Shown here piece by piece: positions 7,839-15,016 of a stretch of 27,740 nucleotides of DNA. Within the stretch, counting starts at the first letter, position 1; each line of letters begins with the position of its first letter. Source of the stretch: a virus (taxonomy: Duplodnaviria > Caudoviricetes); the IMG/VR virus record IMGVR_UViG_3300044784_000026, positions 1 through 27,740 of that record. One strand, given 5' to 3'. Both the position numbers and the translations under genes were made by a program. The notes below the pieces were generated by a model. It worked only from the letters and a program-made list of their open reading frames with translations, had not been told where the DNA came from and ran no database searches.

Positions 7839-9251
7839 ATGACCAAGCTCGGCCCGTATGAGGTGCATCCGTTCGCCGACAAGTTCCCGTTGTTGGAGGG
7901 CGGGGAGTTCGAGGAGCTCGTCGCCGACATTAAGCAAAACGGCCTGCGGGAGCCGATCGTGCTTACCAACGACAAGGCCACGTTGGTTGACGGCAGAAAC
8001 CGATACCGCGCCTGCGACGCCGCTGGCGTCGACTTGGTCTACGAAACACTTCCGGCGCGGTACACCGAGACGATGATCCTCGACCTGATCGTGTCCGAGA
8101 ACGTCAAGCGACGACACCTTAACGCTGGGCAGCTCTCCATGTTGGCGCTGGACTACGAGAAGGCAATCGCGGCAGCGGCACATAGAGGGCCATCGAAGGA
8201 GAAAAGCGCCGATCGGCCCACTACTCCATCGAGATCGACCGATAAGGCCGCGAAGGCAGTCGGCGCAGCCGATCGGACGGTGCAGCGTGCTAAGGCCGTC
8301 CAACGCGATGCGCCCGATCTCGCCGACAAGGTGCGCAAGGGAGAGTTGGCGCTAGACGCGGCGGCGAAGCAAGCCCAGGCGCGTAGGCGCGCCGAGCCCG
8401 AGAAGCCACCGAAGGCGGCGACGACCAGCACCATCCTGACGCTCTTCACCCACACCGGTGAGCCCGTGGAGTACCGGCAGCCCAAGGGCAAGGCGACATT
8501 CAACGACACGAAGGGCGACGGGATCTCCTGGGCCGCGTGGTCCTGGAACCCGGTCACGGGCTGTCTGCACGGCTGCGACTACTGCTACGCCCGCGCGATC
8601 GCCCACGACGAACGGTTCGCCTCAGCCTTTCCGGCAGAGTTCACGCCGCTCTTCCATGAGGAGCGGCTCGCCGCGCCAGCCAACACGGCGATACCCGCCA
8701 AGCACCGCGGGCATCCTCTGCTCGACTGCCTGCCCGACTGCCCATCGTGCGCGTACCGGCGGGTCTTCGTCTGCTCGATGGCGGATCTCTATGGCCGGTG
8801 GGTGCCGGACGAGTGGATCCGGCAGGTGCACGCCTCGATGCTCGCCAGCCCGCAGTGGGAGTACCTGCTCCTGACCAAGTTTCCAACCCGGTATGTCGGC
8901 CTGGACCTGCCGCCGAATGCGTGGGTCGGTACGTCGGTCGATGAGCAGAAGCGGGTCCGCATAGCCGAGGACGCCTTCCGGAAGGTCGATGGCGTCAAAG
9001 TGAAGTGGCTATCGCTTGAACCGCTACGGGAGCCGCTGGAGTTCACCGACCTGTCGATGTTCGACTGGGTCGTCATTGGTGCCCAGACGGAGACGCGACA
9101 GCCCACCGGCGTGGTGCCGGCGCAACAGCCGGAGTTTGAGTGGGTGGCACGCATCACCGTCCAGGCAATCGACGCTGGTTGCAAGGTTCACCACAAGCCC
9201 AACCTCCGAGCCGTGCCGGGCGTGCAGTGGCTCAACGAGTACCCCGAGTAG
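7839..9251 (+). CDS. ParB-like N-terminal domain fused to DUF5131 (phage Gp37/Gp68, radical-SAM-like) domain
   Basis: HPFADKFP...LVADIKQNGLREPI...VDGRNRYRAC...SENVKRRHL (ParB-like); WNPVTGCLHGCDYCYA, VFVCSMADL, LLTK, WVGTSV, WLSLEPL and DWVVIG (DUF5131). Confidence 0.9.
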   Translation: MTKLGPYEVHPFADKFPLLEGGEFEELVADIKQNGLREPIVLTNDKATLVDGRNRYRACDAAGVDLVYETLPARYTETMILDLIVSENVKRRHLNAGQLSMLALDYEKAIAAAAHRGPSKEKSADRPTTPSRSTDKAAKAVGAADRTVQRAKAVQRDAPDLADKVRKGELALDAAAKQAQARRRAEPEKPPKAATTSTILTLFTHTGEPVEYRQPKGKATFNDTKGDGISWAAWSWNPVTGCLHGCDYCYARAIAHDERFASAFPAEFTPLFHEERLAAPANTAIPAKHRGHPLLDCLPDCPSCAYRRVFVCSMADLYGRWVPDEWIRQVHASMLASPQWEYLLLTKFPTRYVGLDLPPNAWVGTSVDEQKRVRIAEDAFRKVDGVKVKWLSLEPLREPLEFTDLSMFDWVVIGAQTETRQPTGVVPAQQPEFEWVARITVQAIDAGCKVHHKPNLRAVPGVQWLNEYPE

Positions 9252-9258
9252 CCCCGCC

Positions 9259-9468
9259 ATGACCCGCCGCCGCAAACCAGACCCCGACCCGCGGGCCCGC
9301 GAACCCGCACAACCCACCCCCAACCCACCAACCGAACTCACCACGATCATCTGCCAAGCATGCGGAGGCCACTACCTGGACATCCCTATCGGCCACGACA
9401 GCCACAAAGTGGTCATGGGCCACCAACCAGTACCACCACCAACCACAAACCCGCGGGAGGACCAGTGA
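9259..9468 (+). CDS. small Pro-rich hypothetical protein (CxxC...H...H)
   Basis: ATG 9259, GTGA coupling to the next gene. Confidence 0.55.
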   Translation: MTRRRKPDPDPRAREPAQPTPNPPTELTTIICQACGGHYLDIPIGHDSHKVVMGHQPVPPPTTNPREDQ

Positions 9469-9911
9469 CGCAGACCACGGCACGCGAGCGGCATCCCGTG
9501 CTACGAACCGGCGAACGCGAACCCGTCGACCCGTACAAACGACGCTTGATCTACAAGCGCGACGGCTACAGCTGCGGCTGGTGCGGATGGCAAGTCGACC
9601 CGAACTCAGAAGCACCCGGCATCATCCTCAAACTCGACCACGTCATCCCGTGGTCCGCCTTCGGAAGCGACCGCAGCGACAACCTCAGATCACTGTGCAC
9701 ACCCTGCAACGATGAGCGATCCAACTTCATCGACCCGTGTCCGCCGCGCATCATTGGCGTGACCCGCGCCTGCTACTGGTGCGCCAGACGCCGAGGAGAA
9801 CTACCCGACCACCTACGCGGCATCGCATCCAACGAACTCGACCAAATCAAGGCTTACTGCGGACGCTGCGACGCCACCTCATGGGTACCAAGCCAGAGCT
9901 GGATCATGTAG
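9465..9911 (+). CDS. HNH endonuclease with extra C-terminal CxxC pairs
   Basis: IYKRDGYSCGWCG...LDHVIPWS..GSD..DNLRSLCTPCN; GGAGG RBS. Confidence 0.9.
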   Translation: MTQTTARERHPVLRTGEREPVDPYKRRLIYKRDGYSCGWCGWQVDPNSEAPGIILKLDHVIPWSAFGSDRSDNLRSLCTPCNDERSNFIDPCPPRIIGVTRACYWCARRRGELPDHLRGIASNELDQIKAYCGRCDATSWVPSQSWIM

Positions 9912-10583
9912 ATGAGCTGGGTCCGCCGCGACGACCAGGCCTCGATCCACCGCAAGGTGGCGCCGCTCGATGACGCTACCTATCGGCTATGGAGCGAGGC
10001 CATCGAGTGGTGTTCCCGGAACCTCACTGACGGCGTCATCCGCGCCGACGAGCTAGCCGAAGCATCCAAACGCGGTACTCAGCCCCGCGCCGCCCGGCTC
10101 GTCGAGCGGGTGCTGTGGCACACATCCGATGTCCTGTGCCAGAGCCCGAAATGCCCACCGCCCGGTAAAGACGGCTGGGTGATCCACGACTACTTCGATT
10201 ACCAGCCGAGCCGGGAGAAGGTGAAGGCCGAGTTGGTGGCCAAGGCGAAACGAACCCAGGAATGGCGGGACAGGAAGGCCGGCAAGAAACCACCCAGTGA
10301 CGTACCCGGTGACGCGTCACACGACGGGTACGTATCCGCCGCGAATCAAGACAGTGTCTCTTCCCCGTCCCCGCCCCGCCCCGCCCCGAAAGGGCGGGGG
10401 GGGACTACGTCCCCCCAGCGCCAGCCCGCCGCCAGTGGCAGCGTGGCTGCGGCGGACGGCGTGGCAAATCAAAACCATCACAACTCACCCATGTGCCCAA
10501 CATGCGGCAACCGCCCCGAAACCGCCTACCACCGCAACAACTGCATCGTAACCAACCAACTCGCCGGGAACGGTGACCCATGA
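9912..10583 (+). CDS. probable phage replication initiator (actinophage WxRxDD...HxK...TDG type)
   Basis: MSWVRRDD..IHRKV...WCSRNLTDGVI...GWVIHDYFDYQPS, then a basic helix and a PSPPRPAP linker. Confidence 0.6.
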   Translation: MSWVRRDDQASIHRKVAPLDDATYRLWSEAIEWCSRNLTDGVIRADELAEASKRGTQPRAARLVERVLWHTSDVLCQSPKCPPPGKDGWVIHDYFDYQPSREKVKAELVAKAKRTQEWRDRKAGKKPPSDVPGDASHDGYVSAANQDSVSSPSPPRPAPKGRGGTTSPQRQPAASGSVAAADGVANQNHHNSPMCPTCGNRPETAYHRNNCIVTNQLAGNGDP

Positions 10584-10810
10584 CCGGGCTAAACGGACAT
10601 GAGCCCATAAACCGTTCGGCTGGAAGCAGAGGAAGTGACACCGTGACTGACGTAACACCCTACGAGCGGCAACTACTCGCCGAGCTCGCCGCGATCCGAC
10701 GTATCGACCGCGCGTTGCAAGCCGTGGACACCGAGACGCAGCAGCGGATCGTCCGCTATCTCGTCGATCGGTACGCACCGAAGCCACCGATCACCGAGGC
10801 CACTCCATGA
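10580..10810 (+). CDS. hypothetical protein (alternative start GTG 10643)
   Basis: ATGA coupling at both ends; helical ELAAIRRIDRAL...RIVRYLVDRY. Confidence 0.65.
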   Translation: MTGLNGHEPINRSAGSRGSDTVTDVTPYERQLLAELAAIRRIDRALQAVDTETQQRIVRYLVDRYAPKPPITEATP

Positions 10811-10968
10811 CCGAGACAACCCCGGCCAAGATACGTGCGCAGACGATCAAGGAAGCCACGGCGTTCGGGCATGCCGTCCTTGCCGCTGCTCGTATCCCGG
10901 AGCTCGCCGCGTGGGTGGACCGTCAGTTGCGCCGCTGGCCATGGCTTTACCGGAAGTTGGGCGGCTGA
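10807..10968 (+). CDS. 53-aa hypothetical protein
   Basis: GAGG RBS, ATGA overlap; MTETTPAKIRAQ...WPWLYRKLGG*; below the ORF-track cutoff. Confidence 0.55.
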   Translation: MTETTPAKIRAQTIKEATAFGHAVLAAARIPELAAWVDRQLRRWPWLYRKLGG

Positions 10969-10976
10969 CAGCGACG

Positions 10977-11028
10977 CGTACGCTATCCGGGCGTTGACGT
11001 CCGATAATCGGACGTCAGGGTTTACGAT
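10977..11028 (+). promoter_or_regulatory. candidate late promoter 1: two CGTCCG-N5-CGGACG-like boxes plus TACGAT -10
   Basis: Boxes at 10977-10993 and 10998-11014; the second lies within a perfect 11-1-11 palindrome at 10995-11017; TACGAT 11023-11028. Confidence 0.65.
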
Positions 11029-11066
11029 CACAGCAACCCGGCCCGGCGTGATCGGAGAAGCCGCCC

Positions 11067-11396
11067 ATGACCAACATCGGAAACGGCCGCATCCTACGGG
11101 TCTGCGACCTATGCGGCGGGGTCGACGACCACCCCCGACACGTTCTCGCCGGCGGACTACCCAACGTGTTCCCCCGCCCCGGCGACAACATCGTCAACGC
11201 GGTCCTCGCCAACGCCCCCGTCGACGACCGGGCCCGACTCATCCGGGACTTGCTCGACACCGGCTCATCCGACCGGCACATGGACTGCTGCCGGGCCGCC
11301 GGATGCCCCGACAGCACCTGCAACCAGGTCACCGCCGGTGCTGAGGAGCTGCGCGGCGCCGACCTGCTCATACACCTCACCGGCGGCGTGTCATGA
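11067..11396 (+). CDS. Cys/His-rich hypothetical protein
   Basis: GGAGA RBS; CDLC..VDDHPRH...RHMDCC...GC...C. Confidence 0.8.
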   Translation: MTNIGNGRILRVCDLCGGVDDHPRHVLAGGLPNVFPRPGDNIVNAVLANAPVDDRARLIRDLLDTGSSDRHMDCCRAAGCPDSTCNQVTAGAEELRGADLLIHLTGGVS

Positions 11397-11833
11397 CCAC
11401 GTTGCGGCTCCTCGCCCTGCTGTCCGGGATCATGCTGGCCACCCGCGGCCTGGCCGCAGTGGACTTCGCCAACAAGGTCCTTAACCACATGCTGCGCGCC
11501 GTCGCGTCCACCGCCCCCGCCGGCCAATTCGTCAAATTGCACCTGGGCGACCCCGGGTCGGCCGGCACCGCCAACGTCAGCTCGGTCACCACCCGGCCAT
11601 CCCTCACCTTCTCCGCCGCATCCGCCGGCGCCTGCGCCTCGTCCAACACACCCTCGTGGACCAACTGGGCCGGCACATCCCCCGAAACGATCAGCGACAT
11701 TTCCGTGTGGGACGCGTCCACCGCCGGCACGTTCGAGTACTCGATCGCCCTGACCGCGAACAAAGTGGTCCAGACCGGCGACACGTTGACCCTCACAAGC
11801 GTGTCGGTCAGCCTCGCCCCGATCGCCGCATAG
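11393..11833 (+). CDS. small virion structural / fibre-associated protein
   Basis: LHLGDPG.AGT...R...FSAASAG...VWDASTAGTF...KVVQTGDTL pattern typical of small phage beta-rich structural proteins. Confidence 0.7.
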   Translation: MTTLRLLALLSGIMLATRGLAAVDFANKVLNHMLRAVASTAPAGQFVKLHLGDPGSAGTANVSSVTTRPSLTFSAASAGACASSNTPSWTNWAGTSPETISDISVWDASTAGTFEYSIALTANKVVQTGDTLTLTSVSVSLAPIAA

Positions 11834-11846
11834 GAGGCCCCCCGCC

Positions 11847-12053
11847 ATGAGCCTCGGCCCGTTCTATTACGAGGTCCGTGTACTGCACGGCGAGTCCGGC
11901 ATCGAAAGGCTCATCTACGTCACCGCCCCGACGGGGCCCGAGGCCGAGATCAAGGCCGTCGCCGCCGCCGCCCGAGACGCCAGCTACTTCGGTGAGATCA
12001 ATAACATCGAGGACTACGCGTCGATGTCATACACGACAGTCACTCCCGCCTAA
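11847..12053 (+). CDS. hypothetical protein
   Basis: AGGAGG RBS; fills the gap between neighbours. Confidence 0.7.
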   Translation: MSLGPFYYEVRVLHGESGIERLIYVTAPTGPEAEIKAVAAAARDASYFGEINNIEDYASMSYTTVTPA

Positions 12054-12087
12054 ACCCTCGCCGAGCCGGCGCGGGAGGTGACGCCCG

Positions 12088-14118
12088 ATGGCGCTTGACA
12101 CCTACTGCACCGGATTCGAGCCGCGCTTCCTGGGCGTTGTCGGCAACGTCGGTAACCGGCTCTACTCGTCGGTTACCGGCACGCCCACGATCAACACGAC
12201 AGTGCCGGCCAACGGTGCGGCCTGCCTCGAAATCAGCGCCGCCGGCGCGGCCGAGGCGGTCGTCCTCGACACCAACCTGATCGGCGCCAGCAAAAACCGT
12301 GTGCGGGTCGTCTTCCGCATCCGGCTTGAGGACCTACCGGCGGCCGATACCATCCTCGCCTCGTTCACGGCCGCGGCGAACGTCGAATTCCGCTGGCATC
12401 AATCCACCGGCAAGTTCTCGGTCGAGTACGAGGGTGGCACCGAGACGGATGGACCGACCGTCTCGGCCGACACGTGGTACCACATCGAGATCTACGCCGA
12501 CATGGCCACGGGCGGCGCAAAGACGATCGACTGGTGGGTCGACGGCGCGGCGCAGACGCAGCACACGAGTGCCGGCGGCGCGGACACTGCCGCCACGTGG
12601 GAGTGGGGCTGCTCGTTCGTTTCCCAGACGTTCACGGCTCAGTACGACGACACAGTCATCTGGACCGACACGGCCGCGATCGCCGGTCCGAAAGGGCCAC
12701 ACAAGGTCGTCCTGCTCTCGGTCGACACCGGCGGCACCGTCTCCACCATTGGCGTCACCAGCGAGTTTCAGACGTTCGCCGGAGCGACGCCCACCCTCAC
12801 CGCATGGAACGCCACCACAGCGCGCGGGAACATTGATGAGATCCCGGTAAATACGACGTCGGCCCAAGACGGCGTCACGCAGATAACCGCCAACACCGCC
12901 AACGCCGTCAACGTGCCCATGACCAGCTACACCCTCGTTGGCGCCGAGGCCGTGGCCGCACTGCGCATCTGCGTACCCGGCTGGCAGGCAACCACCGCGA
13001 GCGGCACCCTCGGCCTTCGTTCGTTCAATGGCACGACCGAGACGATCCTGCTAGCCGCGCAGGCGCACACCATTCTGGGCAATAACACCGCCACCCCAGG
13101 GTGGATCTGCCGCATGGCCACCCTCGCCGACTTCGACACCCAGGGCGAAATCGACGCCCTAGTGGTGCGGATCGGATTCTCCGGCGACGCCACCCCGGAC
13201 ATGGGCTTCCACGCGGTATACGGCGAACTGGCCGTGAAAGAGGTCACCACCGTCACCCACGAGGCCCAGGCGTCCCTGGCGGTCACCGCCACCCTCACCG
13301 CCGCCCTACGCCTCGACGCCGTCCTCGCCGCCAGCCTGGCCATCACCGCCACCGCCACCGCCGCCGGCACCGGCACCCGCCCCGCCCAGGCATCCCTCGC
13401 CGCCACCGCCACCCTCACCGCCGCAGGGGACGTCACCGCCGGCGGCGTATCAATCGCAGCGGCCCTCGCCGCCACCGCCACCCTCACCGCCGGCGCCACC
13501 CACGAGGCGGTCATCGCAGCAACCCTGCCCATCACAGCTACGGGCACCGCCGCAATGGGCCACGAGGCGGTCATCAGCGCCACGCTGCCGGCCACAGCCA
13601 CCCTCACCGCCGGCGCCACACGCACCGCCACAATCGCCGCCACCATGGCCATCACAGCGGGCCGCACAGCAGGGATCGCCCTCACCGCAGTGATCGCCGC
13701 AACGCTGCCCATCACCACCACCCTCACCGCCGACGCCACCGTCGGCGCCGCCCCCGTCCTCATCCAGGCCAGCCTCCCCATCACCGCCACCCTCACGGCC
13801 GCCACATTGCGCGAGGCGCCCATCGCCGCAACCCTCCCCATCACCACCACCCTCACCGCGGCCCGCATCGCCACCCTCGTCCTCGCCGCCAACCGCACCG
13901 CCACCGCCACCCTCACCGCCGCAGGCATCGGCACCTTCTTCGTACCCGCCTCCCGGCCCATCACAGCCACCCGCACCGCAGACATGACCGTTGCCGTCGC
14001 ATACATACCCGCCCAAGTAGGCATCGACAGTGGAGCGACTACTAGTGGCATGTCCGAAGGGCGCGGCGCGGCAGGATCGGTGGACAGTGGAGGCGCAATC
14101 AGTGGCGTCATCGAATAG
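12088..14118 (+). CDS. fibre/decoration-like protein: LamG/ConA-like N-terminal domain plus 12 Thr/Ala repeats
   Basis: GGAGG RBS; DTWYHIEI...WWVDG...YDD pattern; repeats A[ST]L[AP][IA]TATLTA. Confidence 0.7.
   Translation: MALDTYCTGFEPRFLGVVGNVGNRLYSSVTGTPTINTTVPANGAACLEISAAGAAEAVVLDTNLIGASKNRVRVVFRIRLEDLPAADTILASFTAAANVEFRWHQSTGKFSVEYEGGTETDGPTVSADTWYHIEIYADMATGGAKTIDWWVDGAAQTQHTSAGGADTAATWEWGCSFVSQTFTAQYDDTVIWTDTAAIAGPKGPHKVVLLSVDTGGTVSTIGVTSEFQTFAGATPTLTAWNATTARGNIDEIPVNTTSAQDGVTQITANTANAVNVPMTSYTLVGAEAVAALRICVPGWQATTASGTLGLRSFNGTTETILLAAQAHTILGNNTATPGWICRMATLADFDTQGEIDALVVRIGFSGDATPDMGFHAVYGELAVKEVTTVTHEAQASLAVTATLTAALRLDAVLAASLAITATATAAGTGTRPAQASLAATATLTAAGDVTAGGVSIAAALAATATLTAGATHEAVIAATLPITATGTAAMGHEAVISATLPATATLTAGATRTATIAATMAITAGRTAGIALTAVIAATLPITTTLTADATVGAAPVLIQASLPITATLTAATLREAPIAATLPITTTLTAARIATLVLAANRTATATLTAAGIGTFFVPASRPITATRTADMTVAVAYIPAQVGIDSGATTSGMSEGRGAAGSVDSGGAISGVIE
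13261..13985 (+). repeat. coding repeat, 12 degenerate units of about 20-23 aa
   Basis: Recurrent ACCGCCACCCTCACCGCC; units run from ASLAVTATLTAA to ASRPITATRTAD. Confidence 0.85.
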
Positions 14119-14182
14119 CTGCCGGAAAACATCCCCACCCCCGAACACGGGGAAGATCAGCATGGTGCATGGGTGGTAACGA

Positions 14183-14503
14183 ATGAGCGGCAGATCACAG
14201 CGCAACAGGTCAGGGCGCAAAGGAACCAACGACCGCACGTACCGCAAGAATCTGATGGTGGTATTGGCAGCATCAGACATCTGCCATCTGTGTGGGCATG
14301 GTGGTGCACGCAGCGGAGACCACATCATCAGCCACAAACACTGGCCACCCGGTGTACCAGGATTCAACAACATCACCAACATCGCACCAGCCCACGGCAC
14401 CATGGGTAATCGTGCGTTGAACCGGTGCCCCATATGCCACAAACTCTGCAACCAATCACGCGGTGCCAAGCCCCTCCTGGCCATACGCAGCAGAGACTGG
14501 TGA
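14183..14503 (+). CDS. terminase-associated HNH endonuclease
   Basis: CHLCG...DHII...NIAPAH...CNQSRG...SRDW, immediately before terS, as in cos phages. Confidence 0.85.
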   Translation: MSGRSQRNRSGRKGTNDRTYRKNLMVVLAASDICHLCGHGGARSGDHIISHKHWPPGVPGFNNITNIAPAHGTMGNRALNRCPICHKLCNQSRGAKPLLAIRSRDW

Positions 14504-14623
14504 GCGAGGGGAGGGGGGGAGGGCCCGTACTTTTGAAAACAAGCCGCTGCGACGCTCCGCCGCATCACCCGATTGTGTGTGTATGCCCGATTTTTTTAAG
14601 AGAAGATCAAGAAAGATAGGCCC
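14504..14623. other. probable cos/packaging region
   Basis: Intergenic between HNH and terS; G-run, T/A tracts, CCCGATT direct repeats (14568, 14586); strand composition flips here. Exact cut site not determinable. Confidence 0.5.
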
Positions 14624-15016
14624 ATGACTGGCTCGCCGCGTCGCCGCTCCGGCCGGGTCGAGTTGGCGGTGCGCCGGGATCTGCGGCGGCTGGGCCGTCT
14701 GGACACGGGCGTACGCGGATCCCTCGCGGAGGTGGCGTTCGTGTTGGCCCGGGCGATCGACGAGGCGGGGGATGAGCCTGCGACGACGGTGGCAAAGTTG
14801 GCGCAGGAGTTGCGGGTGACACTGGGGGCGTTGAGGGAGGTGGGTGGCGGTGACGACGACGATGCGGCGGTCGTCGCCGCTGACCTGTCTTCCGCTGTTT
14901 GGGACGCCGAGGAGTCTGGATCGGGCGACGTTGGGCCCGAAGGTGGCGGCGGTGGCGGGGTGGTTGGGGAAGCCGCCGATGCCGCATCAGCGCCACATTC
15001 TGGACGTGGCGTTTGA
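14624..15016 (+). CDS. terS: terminase small subunit
   Basis: Position; VE.AVRRDL...LA.VA..LARAID...AKLAQELRVTL..L pattern. Confidence 0.8.
   Translation: MTGSPRRRSGRVELAVRRDLRRLGRLDTGVRGSLAEVAFVLARAIDEAGDEPATTVAKLAQELRVTLGALREVGGGDDDDAAVVAADLSSAVWDAEESGSGDVGPEGGGGGGVVGEAADAASAPHSGRGV

Noticed and set aside
7839-8400. ParABS partition system
   Set aside because: No parA or parS array nearby; the ParB-like domain is fused to DUF5131.
10994-11028. TTGACG as canonical -35 for TACGAT
   Set aside because: Spacing is 23 nt, too long; TTGACG is better explained as part of the palindromic box.
13261-13985. Repeats as a diversity-generating retroelement TR/VR pair
   Set aside because: No reverse transcriptase in the window, and differences are not adenine-specific.
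12927-14568. Alternative-frame ORFs, including a His/Arg-rich 314-aa ORF and minus-strand 403/372-aa ORFs
   Set aside because: By-products of the ACC/GCC repeat coding in 12088-14118.
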